Positions 1-11,981 of a DNA stretch of 64,000 nucleotides are shown here, piece after piece; position 1 is the stretch's first letter; each line of letters starts with the position of its first letter. This DNA is from Fistulifera solaris (taxonomy: Eukaryota): contig AP026152.1 of assembly GCA_030295235.1 (NCBI GenBank), positions 558,001-622,000 of the forward strand, in the 5' to 3' direction. The notes under the pieces are model-generated. The model had not been told where the DNA came from. It was given only the letters and a program-made list of their open reading frames with translations, and did not search any database. A program made the position numbers and the translations under genes.

Positions 1-264
1 ACAGACACGAAACTCTTGTACAACAGATGACAGTTCGTCGAGTACTTGCGAGCGCAACCGTTTGCGATTGTTGACCAACTTGTGCTCCAAGCGTATCGAC
101 GGAATGGCTTCCGGTGACTCTCCTAAAGAAGGATGCGAAGCTACCGTAAGATCCATTTGTTGCTTGCGTATGGTGACATTGAGAACGCTCCCTGACGCTT
201 TGTGCCAGTCGAGTGCTTGAGCGATACGCTTGGGTGACTTGAGCAGATGAGTGATGGATGACAT
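1..264 (-). CDS. Partial gene running off the window start; possible YqgF/RuvX-like RNase H-fold protein
   Basis: Manual translation from ATG at 264 is open to the window edge: MSSITHLLKSPKRIAQALDWHKASGSVLNVTIRKQQMDLTVASHP...VLDELSSVVQEFRVC. Family guess is from the strand/helix pattern only. Confidence 0.45.
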   Translation of the reverse strand, partial: MSSITHLLKSPKRIAQALDWHKASGSVLNVTIRKQQMDLTVASHPSLGESPEAIPSIRLEHKLVNNRKRLRSQVLDELSSVVQEFRVC

Positions 265-800
265 TGCTTCTTGCTTCCTTATGGGTTCGTTTCCATCCGA
301 AAAACTTTTACTTTCTACATTCAACAGCTTTCTTGCTTCAGCTAGGCATGATGTGCAGGAAGATGAAGAAAGCTTTTGTTCTTGTAATGTTGTGATGTTT
401 TCTTTTCTCGTGTCTTTTCGTTGTCGCCAGATTTTGTTGTGCGAGAAAAAAGAATTCAAAGGAAGAAAAGGTGCGGCGTTTTGGAGTGCAATAGAATGTA
501 GGCGGAAGGAAAAAGACTCTCAAAGTGTACCCAATACGGTACTCGTGTTCGGTAGCCATCGCACTGTTTTGTATCGATCCTGCAAGAAGATTTTGTTGCT
601 GCCGGAGTATTTTCCGATCGCTGAAAAGTCAACAAGTCGTAGCAGCTAGGTATCCGTGATTTCGAATCATCCCACCGATCATAGACTAGATAGAAAAAGG
701 TATTGGATAAAATGCTAGAATCATATCGGACAATACCCAAGTTCTGATCAACAATGCTACAGTAATGTCTGCATCATCCCTCGAGGTCAAACATGTCCTT

Positions 801-2504
801 CTATCCCAACCACTCTTGGAAGAAGTCCTCTCCCTTATCATCGACCACAATAAACGCAGGGAAGTTCTCAACGTCAATCTTCCAAACCGCTTCCATGCCA
901 TCCTCTTCGTTGTCAAGTACTTCCACTTTCTTGATACAGTTCTTGGCCAAGATCGCCGCCGGGCCACCAATCGATCCCAAATAAAACCCTCCGTACTTCT
1001 TACACGCATTGGTAACAGCCTTGGATCGATTACCTTTCGCCAGTGTAATAAAAGAGCCTCCTGCTTCCATAAATCGATCTACGTAGGCATCCATACGGCC
1101 CGCTGTGGTGGGGCCAAAACTACCGCTCGCGTAGCCCTCGGGTGTCTTGGCAGGACCGGCATAGTAAATGATGTGATTCTTGGCGTAATCGGGAAGCCCT
1201 TCTCCGCTCTCAATGCGTTGCAACAACTTGGCGTGGGCAATGTCACGCGCCACGACTATGGTGCCGGTTAGTGACAGCCGCGTCCGAATGGGATACTGCG
1301 ATAGCTTTTGTCGAAGCTCTGTCATGCTGAGCTCATTCATATTGATGCGAACGACATCGTCCGAAAGATGCTTGTCCGTGACGTCCGGTAAGTATTTCGC
1401 CACATCCCGTTCTAAGCGCTCGATGAAAACTCCATCTTTGTTAATTTTCCCCAACACTTGTCGATCGGCCGAACAACTCACACCAATTCCTACCGGACAG
1501 GATGCACCATGACGCGGCAATCGAATGACTCGAACGTCGTGGCAGAAATATTTCCCCCCAAACTGTGCTCCAATTCCCAGATTTCGAGTCATATCCAGGA
1601 TATATTGCTCCCATTTGGTGTCACGAAAGGCTCGTCCTGTGGCATCACCCGAAGTGGGCAAGTCGTCATAATACTTGGTGCTAGCTAGCTTGACTGTCTT
1701 TAAAGTCAACTCAGCACTTAAGCCGCCGACCACGATCGCAAGGTGGTAGGGAGGGCACGCGCTCGTGCCGATCGTCTTTATCTTTTCGTTTAAAAACGTC
1801 TCGAGACTCCCCGAATTCAACAAAGCCTTAGTTTGTTGATATAAGAACGTCTTGTTCGCGGATCCTCCTCCCTTGGCAATGAACTGAAACTTGTACTGCT
1901 CTCCTTTATCGGCAAACAAATCAATCTGCGCTGGCATATTGTTCCCTGTATTCTTTTCAGAGAACATATCCAATGGTGCTACTTGACTGTAGCGCAAATT
2001 CAATTCTTGATACGCTTGGTGGGCTCCAGCCGCCAAATAGGCCTCGTCGTCGCCGTCGGTCAAAACCCGATGTCCCTTCTTTCCCATCACGATGGCCGTC
2101 CCGGTATCTTGACAACCCGGCAACACCCGTCCCGCCGCAATATTCGCATTCTTGAGCAACTCCAGCGCCACAAAGTGATCATTGTCCGAGGCCTCCGGAT
2201 CATCTAGAATGTTCCGCAATTGCTGCAAATGCGCCGGTCGCAACAAATGAGCAATATCCCCGAACGCGGTGCGCGACAATTTTGTTAGAGCACTGCCATC
2301 GACACGCAGCATTTGCTCCCCCGATGGCAACGTCACAGTTTCAATGCCCGCTTCTTGTGCCGACAGAATCTTGTCAAAGGGAATATCTTCCGATTGATGA
2401 ATGTTCGACTGAAACAGGGGCGAATGCTGATACGTTGCCAAGGATCGGCATAGTATGCGGGCCCGAGCGGACTTTTGCAGTACCAACGCCGTTTGGAGAA
2501 ACAT
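801..2504 (-). CDS. Class I (Fe-S) fumarate hydratase, with probable mitochondrial presequence
   Basis: 567 aa intronless ORF with class I motifs [37 protein letters not shown] and GSIGGPAA; Arg-rich N-terminus. Confidence 0.95.
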   Translation of the reverse strand: MFLQTALVLQKSARARILCRSLATYQHSPLFQSNIHQSEDIPFDKILSAQEAGIETVTLPSGEQMLRVDGSALTKLSRTAFGDIAHLLRPAHLQQLRNILDDPEASDNDHFVALELLKNANIAAGRVLPGCQDTGTAIVMGKKGHRVLTDGDDEAYLAAGAHQAYQELNLRYSQVAPLDMFSEKNTGNNMPAQIDLFADKGEQYKFQFIAKGGGSANKTFLYQQTKALLNSGSLETFLNEKIKTIGTSACPPYHLAIVVGGLSAELTLKTVKLASTKYYDDLPTSGDATGRAFRDTKWEQYILDMTRNLGIGAQFGGKYFCHDVRVIRLPRHGASCPVGIGVSCSADRQVLGKINKDGVFIERLERDVAKYLPDVTDKHLSDDVVRINMNELSMTELRQKLSQYPIRTRLSLTGTIVVARDIAHAKLLQRIESGEGLPDYAKNHIIYYAGPAKTPEGYASGSFGPTTAGRMDAYVDRFMEAGGSFITLAKGNRSKAVTNACKKYGGFYLGSIGGPAAILAKNCIKKVEVLDNEEDGMEAVWKIDVENFPAFIVVDDKGEDFFQEWLG

Positions 2505-3162
2505 TCGTTTGAGTAGAACGACTCTTTTTGTGGAAGGGATGCTCTACGTATCGCCTGTTACTGTTCGAAAGGATTTCTGCTTTGAACGAAAGGATTGGCA
2601 CCTATGGATTGTCAATTATGACAAGGATGTTATTTTGAATGAAGGGAGCGGAATGTAATGATCTTCAATGATGAAAAGGATGTTATGTTGTTGCCAAACT
2701 TCGTTTTCCGTGTTCGAGTTTTTGACGAAAAAGAGACGAGGTCGGCATCTTTTGTTCGGCTAGCGTCAAAAGGTTCCCATCAAACGAAGTACACCAATTT
2801 CCATAGTAAAAGATGACACGCTGTCTCACCATACCTAATTTCGTGACCGAAAAAGCAGTCTTGGGAAAAACAAAAAACTGCGTTGTTAGGTACAAGTACC
2901 GATACCCGGTACGGTACCGGTACTTGGTAGCAGCTTGGTTGCGGCGATAAGCAAATACAAGAGTGATATGCAGTCGTGGCGAAATACGGACAAAACGTTA
3001 ACCTATAGCAAATACTTGGTACCGATCCAAAAGCATTTTTGACAAGAACACGCGATATCAACTCAATGAAAAGGTCACATTTTCCAAACGACTCCCATGA
3101 TAAAATCGAGTCACCAGATTGCTTACCAAGAACCTAATATAGGTAGTGAAGCCCATTAATCT

Positions 3163-4950
3163 TTAGTTGCTGCTTTCTTCCGATGTATCCGAATCTGTTT
3201 CCATGCGCAATGCCTTTCCAAGCAGTGCTTGTGCTTCCGCAAACTCTTCCGCCGACTGGCTAGATGGGTCCAAAAACTTTAGATCATCGGCGCTGAAGAT
3301 ACGGCTCACAACATAACTTCGAATGGGTACCAAAACAATCAATAGGGCGGGGTAAATGTACCCTGCAAACCAGTGTGAGTTCTGAAAGTTGCACCCCAAA
3401 TGGATTTCGCTTTTTTTTCTTATCTTATACTTACCAATACTGGCGAACTGAGCAGTAGCGAATACAGCAAATGCGAGTGAGAACTGGATAGCCGTATACA
3501 TCATGACACGTCCCCACGCCACATTGCGTACAAGCGCGGTGGCAGGACGCTTGGAGGGCTGGATGATTGCCAAAATGATGCGCTCCCACACTTCATTCCC
3601 ATGAAATGCGCACATGCCCATGTAAAGGAACAAACCAAACAAACATCCTTTTGGAATCCAGCTCACAACTTTTAGAGACACCAAGGAAACAAACATTAGT
3701 AATGCTTGACCCAAACCGGACCATCGCTGTTCTTCGCAATGAATGACCACTTCTCGTTCGACGCCATGGTCATCGACCAAGTAACGACGGGTACAAAGTG
3801 CTCGGGCATGAAGGGGGGACGTTGGAATGAGACCGCTTCCTGGTGGAATACCCAAGATAGCACAGGGAATGAAGGTGAGACCGAGAACGAAGAAGTCCCA
3901 GTGAAAGGTAGGAGGCTTTTGCAAGTTAAACTTTGTTTGTTGTGTCATGATTGAACTGACGTTGTGGTCAATAATAAATAACAAAAAAAGCATGAGACCA
4001 GGCACAAAGGCAGCAGCAATCCCTCTACCGTCGATGCCCTTGAGTGGATTGACAACCCATTTTCGGTCTGCTGTGGGCTGCCAATCCCACGGGGCAGTGA
4101 CATTGACACGGTAAATGCCAATCTGATCGTCATCCGAAAGATCCACTCCGGGTAGGTAGCTAAATGCGGTTCCCATGACCACAGCAATGACAGTATTGTA
4201 GCTAGTGAGAAAAACTCGCACTCCTCTCGTGAAGAAGGGCCATGTTTCCGCAGAGTGCAACGTCCAAGCAACCCACATGGTGATAAAACCAATCAAGAGT
4301 GTCGCATACTGCTGGCTTCTGTCGTCCTGCAATTCACCATTTGTGAACGAAATGGGTTCGACTAATTCCTTGATTGAGGTATACACAAAGGTCAAGCCGA
4401 TAAATAGTTCAAAAACTTGTGTCGTAAAGGTGTGATGTGCCACACCAGCGACACTAATCCCACCAATGCGCTGATCATGTGCAAAGTACCTGCCCAGAAA
4501 CACGTCCAAAAAAAAGAATGCAAAGTAGTCGGCATTGTATTGTTCGATGAGTTGGTAAGAAGCCCCCAACAGAATGGCCACTGGGGCAGTCACGCCCGTA
4601 ATTACAATCGGTTGCCCCGAAAAAACAGCGTAAATAACTCCCAAGATTCCCTTACTCAGCAATACCTCTACCACCGCCAGATTCCCTTCGGTTTCAGTCG
4701 TCATGAGCTCGGCAAAGATAAGTGCAGGAACGAGCTGAATCACGAAGGTGTATATAGCAGAATTAAACACGGTGAAGAAACTCTTGGGAGCGCCCCAATC
4801 ATCGGCATAAAATGGCAGTCGTCCAGATAGATCTTCTTTCATACCTTTGAAAGGTACAAACAATCTAGGCTCTTCGTCTGGTCCGCCTAAAACCGGCTGT
4901 TGCCCTCGTTCTTCTTCGGCAGCTATTGTTGGCGTATTTCCTTGATTCAT
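3163..4950 (-). CDS. SLC4/BOR-family bicarbonate (anion) transporter
   Basis: Motifs RLPFYADDW, FSGQP, IIDHNVSS, KPPTFHWD, SPLHARAL, EEQRWSGL and GLFLYMG. Probable intron ~3363-3432. A compensating frameshift pair at ~4430-4515 masks the expected FFWTCFWAGTLHMISALVGLVSLVWHITPFT. Confidence 0.9.
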   Translation of the reverse strand: MNQGNTPTIAAEEERGQQPVLGGPDEEPRLFVPFKGMKEDLSGRLPFYADDWGAPKSFFTVFNSAIYTFVIQLVPALIFAELMTTETEGNLAVVEVLLSKGILGVIYAVFSGQPIVITGVTAPVAILLGASYQLIEQYNADYFAFFFLDVFLGRYFAHDQRIGGISVAGVAHHTFTTQVFELFIGLTFVYTSIKELVEPISFTNGELQDDRSQQYATLLIGFITMWVAWTLHSAETWPFFTRGVRVFLTSYNTVIAVVMGTAFSYLPGVDLSDDDQIGIYRVNVTAPWDWQPTADRKWVVNPLKGIDGRGIAAAFVPGLMLFLLFIIDHNVSSIMTQQTKFNLQKPPTFHWDFFVLGLTFIPCAILGIPPGSGLIPTSPLHARALCTRRYLVDDHGVEREVVIHCEEQRWSGLGQALLMFVSLVSLKVVSWIPKGCLFGLFLYMGMCAFHGNEVWERIILAIIQPSKRPATALVRNVAWGRVMMYTAIQFSLAFAVFATAQFASIGKYKIRKKSEIHLGCNFQNSHWFAGYIYPALLIVLVPIRSYVVSRIFSADDLKFLDPSSQSAEEFAEAQALLGKALRMETDSDTSEESSN

Positions 4951-5589
4951 GACGTTCTTATGTCGTTACGACGGGGGCGGGTGAAACTAAAGGAAAATGC
5001 ACAGGAAAGAAAAAAAGTAAGAATGACCAATCCTTCAAAATCAATCGTTTGTTTTTTTTTGTCATTATTATTTTATTCGGATGCGATGATTGTGATGATA
5101 ATGATTTGAATACTGGTAGTCCCATCGCCCATCCGCGTAGCTGAAAATCAGCTGGCTGTCCTTCTGACTTCTGACCGAAAAACATCTAGAGGGACGGAAC
5201 TTGAATTTCACTCGTGAAATGCGGCCGGCCGGCGCGGCTGACAGTGATTTATAGTGTACAAAGCGCCACGGTGCCAAGTGCCAAAGTCGAGAAAAAATCA
5301 AATTCTTGTTGTTAAGAATAAGGCTAATACTAACCGGTACGGCCGTCGACGGTTTATTCTGTAGCCGATTGAACATTTGTTTGATTTAGAAACAATCCAA
5401 TCCCTACCTGCTACCTGTATTGATATATATCAGACCGTAATACAAGTACAAGGTATCCACTCTAGGTAGTTTAGCTCTACTGGTACGGTACCGGGCGTCT
5501 GTGTTACATTGTACAGCTGAAACTGGTCTAAGAAGGAGAAGCGGGGTTAAGCACAGGATCCCGACCATGTTTATTGTGTTTCACCGCTT

Positions 5590-6264
5590 TTAAGACGATC
5601 TCCGTGAACCACCTAGAACAAAGCCTGCAGCTGCGGCAACAACCGCAACAGCGGTCACCGACGCCACTGTCTTTACGGTGGAAGTACTCATTGACGGGTC
5701 CCCAATAGGTAGTGATTTCTGATCTCCGATTTCTTCCGCCTTTTGTTTCTTCTTCTTTCTCCTTTTCTTCTTCTTTTTTGAACTACTTCCATCTTCGTCG
5801 TCGTCTTCACCAGCCGCCGAAACGGGCGCGGCGGCGGCCTGTCGCAACTTTTCTCCCAAAGCATCATATTGACGTTGCCGTCCTTTCGTATGCGCATCTT
5901 TCCCTCCTTCCAATACCGATCGTAATTGTCGTTCTACTTCTTTATTATCGCCTTGGGCATGAAACACTTGTTGAAAGTACGCACCCATGTGTCGATTCTT
6001 TTCGGCAATGCCCGAGTCGTCCATTTGTGCTTGATACCGGGCACGAATTTCAGCTTCCAAATCGTCTTCGGATTTTCCAAAATGACTCGCGTAGCCCATA
6101 GAGAGACCGACGGGTATCATTAAAACGGTAAATAAAGCAACGTGAACGGGAATTTGAAAACGAGGCGCGGATGGTTTTTTCGGTGGGGCAGTGGAAAGCA
6201 ATCGTTGTGGCAAAACAGCAGTGCGTCGCACCATGTGTCGGGAAAGTAAGATTGGGCGATCCAT
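5590..6264 (-). CDS. Hypothetical membrane protein, probably mitochondrial
   Basis: 224 aa ORF with an Arg-rich presequence-like N-terminus, one internal TM helix, a poly-Lys tract and a C-terminal hydrophobic anchor. Confidence 0.65.
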   Translation of the reverse strand: MDRPILLSRHMVRRTAVLPQRLLSTAPPKKPSAPRFQIPVHVALFTVLMIPVGLSMGYASHFGKSEDDLEAEIRARYQAQMDDSGIAEKNRHMGAYFQQVFHAQGDNKEVERQLRSVLEGGKDAHTKGRQRQYDALGEKLRQAAAAPVSAAGEDDDEDGSSSKKKKKRRKKKKQKAEEIGDQKSLPIGDPSMSTSTVKTVASVTAVAVVAAAAGFVLGGSRRSS

Positions 6265-6459
6265 TTCCTTTAATGTTCGAATGTATATCCGTCGTGCAAA
6301 GGATCAAGGGAAGATCAAGAAGGAGAACAGGCACCTTGTCAAGAAATAACATCATCATTGTCGTCGAAATCGTCGCATTATGCAGCGTCAGCAATGTGGA
6401 AAAAGTTAGAAATACCAGGTAAGCGATCTAAAAGGGTTCAGGGTACAAGAACACTTCTT

Positions 6460-8045
6460 GTCCTGAAAATCTGGACCAGTTGTATTTTCACGTTCCCAGG
6501 AAATCTGGGAGAGTGATTTTTACAATGGTCCAGAAAATCTGGACCAGTTGTATTTCACGTTCCCCCAGGAAATCTGTTTGTTTGAAATTTACACTGGTCC
6601 AGATTATCTGGACCAGTTGTATTTTCACGTTCCCAGGAAATCTGGGAGAGTGATTTTACAATGGTCCAGAAAATCTGGACCAGTTGTATTTCACGTTCCC
6701 CCAGGAAATCTGTTTGATTGACATTTACACAGGTCCAGATTATCTGGACTAAATGTATTTTCACGTTCCCAGGAAATCTGGGCCGGTGTTTTTTTCACTG
6801 GTCCAGTTGTATTTTCACGTTCCCAGGAAATCTGTTTGTTTGAGAATTTACACTGGTCCAGATTATCTGGACCAGTTGTATTTTCACGTTCCCAGGAAAT
6901 CTGGGAGAGTGATTTTACAATGGTCCAGAAAATCTGGACCAGTTGTATTTCACGTTCCCCCAGGAAATCTGTTTGATTGACATTTACACTGGTCCAGATT
7001 ATCTGGACTAAATGTATTTTCACGTTCCCAGGAAATCTGGGCCAGTGATTTTTCACTGGTCCAGTTGTATTTTCACGTTCCCAGGAAATCTGGGTGAATG
7101 ACATTTATACTGGTCCTGAAAATCTGGACCAGTTGAATTTTCACGTTCTCAGGAAATCTGGGAAGGTGATATTTACACTGGTCCAGAAAATCTGGACCAG
7201 TTGTATTTTCACGTTCTCTGGAAATCTGGGTGAATGACATTTACACTGGTCCAGAAAATCTGGACCAAATGTATTTTCACGTTCCCAGGAAATCTGGGCC
7301 GGTGATTTTTTCACTGGTCCAGAAAATCTGGACCAAATGTATTTTCACTTTCCCAGGAAATCTGGGAAGGTGAGATTTACACTGGTCCAGAAAATCTGGA
7401 CCAGTTGAATTTTCACTTTCTCAGGAAATCTGGGAAGGTGATATTTACACTGGTCCAGAAAATCTGGACCAGTTGTATTTTCACGTTTCCAGGAAATCTG
7501 GGAGACGTTTGTTGCTTGTTTATTTTCCCAGGAAATCTGGGCGGCTGATTTTTACACTGGTCCTGAAAATCTGGACCAATTGTATTTTCACCTTCCCAGG
7601 AAATCTGGGTGACTGATAATTACACTGGTCCAGAAAATCTGGGAGACGTTTGTTGCTTGTTTATTTTCCCAGGAAATCTGGGCGGCTGACTTTTACACTG
7701 GTCCTGAAAATCTGGACCAATTGTATTTTCACTTTCCCAGGAAATCTGGGTGACTGATATTTACACTGGTCCTGAAAATCTGGACCAATTGTATTTTCAC
7801 TTTCCCAGGAAATCTGGGTGACTGATATTTACACTGGTCCAGAAAATCTGGAGCTGATGGATTTTCACGTTTCCAGGAAATCTGGGAAGGTGAGATTTAC
7901 ACTGGTCCAGAAAATCTGGAGCAGATGGATTTTCACTTTCCCAGGAAATCTGGGAAGGTGATATTTACACTGGTCCAGAAAATCTGGACCAAATGTATTT
8001 TCACGTTTCCAGGAAATCTGGGAGACGTTTGTTGCTTGTTTATTG
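6460..8045. repeat. Palindromic minisatellite array, ~68 bp unit with higher-order structure
   Basis: Repeated unit ctggaccagttgtattttcacgttcccaggaaatctggg...ttacactggtccagaaaat containing two dyads (tggtccaga-aaa-tctggacca and cccag-gaaat-ctggg). Confidence 0.95.
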
Positions 8046-8615
8046 CTTTCTTCATGCCATCGTTCCGATTTTGCCTCTCTGAAAGAAAAAAATTTTTTTT
8101 TTTAAAGCCATATAAAATCCTAAATATTTATTCCTAATTTTCCTGAAATGCGGATGCTTTTTCGACATTTGACTGAATTTTCCACTGGTTTTTCTCTTTT
8201 GGCACAAATATTGTTTTTTCTTTCTTTCAGAAACTCCGATTTCTGAATCACTGTACCACAGTTAGTAGTAAAGCGACAAACCTGCGCCGGTTTCCCAGTG
8301 CGGAGGATTGCGCTGTGGCGCGCCATCTCTCGGATTTCGCAATAGCATGCTCACCGATCGAACCAACGAGAGACTCAAACGAGATCGGATAAACCCACAA
8401 ATTTCTGAGTACGGTCTCTTCCATTTCTTTTGCAGCAAATAGTTTTTTTATTAAAAAATAAAAAAAACTACCGGTATTGTCGGGACTGCGGCCGCGACGA
8501 GTCGCGTTTCTGTTGTCACGTTGAAGATGATTCGTGAGACCCTTGCGATCGATATACCATTGCACTCAAGACAGCATTTGTTACCTGTAGTCCTTTTTCA
8601 ACAACAAGAAGGAGG

Positions 8616-9193
8616 ATGTCTCAACAAAGAACTCGAATCTTATTGATACTGTTGACATTAATTTGTCAGCAATATAGTCATGCTGTGCCCTTTCGTCAAC
8701 ATCCGGCTGTCTACACATGGAATGACGAATCCTTTCGACGCTCGACATCACGAGGCAACTGGATGATTTTGTTTCACGATTCCGTGGATCAAACGGTTGT
8801 TCAAGATATTCCCGACCAGCTTAGAGACATTCATTTGGCGGCGATGGAGATCCGAAAAGCTCCACAGACGATGCGTCGCTTCGAAGTACATCGAACCCCA
8901 TCCTTTCTCTGTTTGCGCGACGGCACCCATTATTATCACTACTCGATGACACCGCCGTATACGTGGTCCGCTATCTATGAGTATTGCTCCAATCCACCCG
9001 AACAAGATGCACGCGCTTTTCCTCCCCACTGTCGCTGTGGAAAGAGATGCGGATGCGCGTCCACCAACACGTCTACTTGCAAGCTGCAATACTACTCATG
9101 GTGATTGTTTTCGGAGGTTTCGTGGCTTCCATTTGCCGTCACTTCTTCTCCTTTTCTTCTTCAATTGAGGAGACGAAACTGAAGAAACAATAA
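8616..9193 (+). CDS. Thioredoxin-fold (TMX-like) ER membrane protein lacking CxxC; one frameshift at ~9025
   Basis: Signal peptide; YTWNDESF...GNWMILFH and RRFEVHRTPSF Trx-like pattern. The second frame supplies a TM helix and a KLKKQ (KxKxx) end. Confidence 0.6.
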
Positions 9194-9268
9194 AATGTAA
9201 AAGAACTGTATTATAATCATATGTGCGTTGTAGTATCTGTGTGATTCTTTTCCTGTTTCTTTGTTTGT

Positions 9269-10210
9269 TCAAAACGCTTTTCGCTTCACGGGAAGCGATC
9301 GAGGCGGCGGACTCGCTTCGACGGCCATGGCCTGTGCTACTGTTCGCAAAACGGAACCTTGACTGGACCAGGCGATACACAAACACGCGTGCAGGATCGC
9401 GTTGATTTGTCCCACTTGCAATCCGGTCGAGATCAAGATGGGGTACAGCGGCAGCAGAGGAGCATTGAGAATCCAAGCAAAGGCACCCCGGCACCGGTAA
9501 TTCGTCGACAGTGGTAGTAGCGGTAAACCTTTCCAAATCAATGCCATGACATAAAAAGTGGACGGAAATTGCGTAATGCCGGCGACGAAGGTGTCACAAG
9601 CCGGTCGTTGATAACTCCATCCACCCAACGCGACAATCAAAGTCGTTACGGTGGCAAAGGCCACCCAAAACACTTCCGGAATTACGGGAATAGAGGCACA
9701 TCGATTCTGTTTATCCATTTTTGCCCATACGGTCCCTATACTCCCCATCCAACCCGAGGCCGCGGTGACGGTTCCGACACAGATGGTCCATAACAGTCGG
9801 AACAGCAGCGTGTTGCGTGATTCAACCGAAGTAAAGTAATGATGCGCCAAGCCACCGGCAGTTACGGAAATCAAATACGTCAATAAAAGTCCCCGACTGC
9901 GAAAAATATGTTGCTGCAAGAGTTTCTGTCGAAACTGGACATCCGGTTCGCTTTTAGTCATTTGATTCGATGAAACGCCCATGCTGAGAACCCAAGCGCC
10001 CATAACGCCAGCTAGTATATAGTCGGTAATATACGTTAAGGGCGTATTGTCAAACAGCGAGTCTGGTTGATATTGGTACGACGCACGCTGATAAATGATG
10101 GGAGAAACTTCTCCCATCGTCGGGTCGGACCAAAATGGAAAATACGTCGAGAAGACGGCCACCGCTGACGCTGTTATAATACCGCTGACTGCCCATGATG
10201 CGGATGGCAT
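9269..10210 (-). CDS. Multi-pass membrane protein of unknown function
   Basis: Long ORF with about 7 hydrophobic segments and polar intramembrane motifs ITDYILA, GGLAHHYF and NAILH. Confidence 0.7.
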   Translation of the reverse strand: MPSASWAVSGIITASAVAVFSTYFPFWSDPTMGEVSPIIYQRASYQYQPDSLFDNTPLTYITDYILAGVMGAWVLSMGVSSNQMTKSEPDVQFRQKLLQQHIFRSRGLLLTYLISVTAGGLAHHYFTSVESRNTLLFRLLWTICVGTVTAASGWMGSIGTVWAKMDKQNRCASIPVIPEVFWVAFATVTTLIVALGGWSYQRPACDTFVAGITQFPSTFYVMALIWKGLPLLPLSTNYRCRGAFAWILNAPLLPLYPILISTGLQVGQINAILHACLCIAWSSQGSVLRTVAQAMAVEASPPPRSLPVKRKAF

Positions 10211-10791
10211 GACTGAAGTTGTATTTAAAATAGGTTGTTGGCAATAGGATGACAAAGCCACCAGACTGTTTCCTTATTCCTTATTCGACAGACATGTAAA
10301 AATGCAATGGACGCGCGCAAAAGAGCGACGCAAAGGCGAACTTTTGAGTGCCGCTTCACGGTGATCCGCGCCTAAACCAACATTATATAAGATAGTTATT
10401 ACTATCACGCAAAGAGAACACGACACGACAGCATGCAGTCAACGTGTCACGCATTGAATGATGACGTGATGACAAAGCAGCGTCAAGAGCAAATAGTACG
10501 TCACAGAGGTGCGGACCCATCAAGATTTCCATAGACCTAGAGACTAGCTAGCAGATGATAATAACCATAGCTAAATGGCACGTCGTGCGATCCAACAACC
10601 GACAAAGTAGTGTCAGTGATTGCTTGGGTCTCTATACATGAATGATGTCTTGCGGGACGCCTCGTCTTTGGTTTTTAACCTTTGACGAAATGTTTTCCGA
10701 GCTGATAACCTTGTACAAACTAATGTTTTGAATTATTTAACATTCAAAACAAGAAGCGGTACTAAGAAAAGGATTCAATCACAATAATCGA

Positions 10792-11981
10792 CTAATAGTA
10801 ACTATTTGGCTGTTGAGGCGGCGGAGGAGCCGCAAATCCGTACCCTGGAGGGTAAGCCTCTTGACCAGGCGGTTTCGGTGGCTGCGCAAAGGAAGGAGCC
10901 GAACCGAAACTCGCAAATGATTGCATACTGGGCGATGGAGGTTGATTGTAATTCGGAGCGTACGGATTGGACGGAGGGTAAGAGGCGTACGGATTTGTTG
11001 CCGCTGGCTGATACGAATTCGTTGCCGCTGGCTGATACGGACTGGGCGCCGCTGGTTGATAGGGGGTCATCGCGTTGCTCGTGTACGGGGCGGGAGGAGG
11101 TTGCTGGTATGTTGGTGCATACGGATTGGCTGGAGGCGGTCCCGCAAACGAATACTGATTCGTCGGAACGCCGTAGTTCGGTGCGTTTGATGGTGGCCGC
11201 TGCAGGGGCTGTTGCTGCATCATGGGGGGAGAAGCAGCATCCGAGTCCTGAAAATCGGAACCCAAAGAAAGCGAAGACATGAATGCCGGATATGGCTGTG
11301 GAGCGTTGACGTATCCATTGCCAGCCACAGGAGGGGCGATGGTGGGTGGAGCTGGATCATCAAAACTAATCAACAAATCTTCTTCACGTTTCATGGCCGG
11401 TTGTTGTTGCAGACGATGACTCGCACTGTTCCGATTCTGTTCGTATTCTTTGAGTGACTCCAATTTGGCTTGTGCTACCAGACGTCGTTCTTCCGCCGTC
11501 ATCATATCACGATCCGGATCGTGATGATTTCCTCCGCGGGTCGTCATCGCTGCAGTCCCCAACTGAAAGATCTGATTGAAGGAAAAATACGAAATTCCTC
11601 CGACACGTAAATCAAACGGCCTCGAACCGGGAATATCCTTATTGACAGGCTGCGAAATGAAATGCACTTTTAAAGTCTGACGCAAGGCCGTATCGTGCAA
11701 CGGAAACGAATGCTGCCAGGCCCGATCCGACGTCCATCCATTTTGACCCGATTCCGAATAATGCACATCTTTCCCATCCAGTAATAGTTGTCGTTTTCCA
11801 CTGGCCAGACTCCAAATAAAGATGACTTCGTGTTCACTGCCGCGACAGGCGGCGCCGGTTTGATCGCGCGATGCGGAAGGATTGGCAAAGCCAAATTTGA
11901 AACTGACCTTCTTTTCGAGAATCCCAATGTTTTGGCGGCGTTTGTCACGGCGTAATCAATTTGGTACGGAATGAATTTCAT
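10792..11981 (-). CDS. Beta-rich (FAIM-like) N-terminal domain + UIM-like helix + Pro/Tyr-rich tail; frameshift ~11910
   Basis: Joining frames gives ...FKFGFANP...EHEVIFIWSLASGKRQLLLDGKDVHYS...PFDLRVGGISYF, then EERRLVAQAKLESLKE, DLLISFDD and NPY repeats. True start may lie further upstream. Confidence 0.65.

Noticed and set aside
6555..7104. ORFs within the minisatellites (also 24657-25444, 35653-35947 and 47203-48318)
   Set aside because: Translations are by-products of repeat periodicity, with frames broken by unit-length variation.
6460..8045. CRISPR-like appearance of palindromic repeats (also 24605-25340)
   Set aside because: Intervening sequences are short and themselves repeated rather than unique spacers; no cas genes; eukaryotic context.
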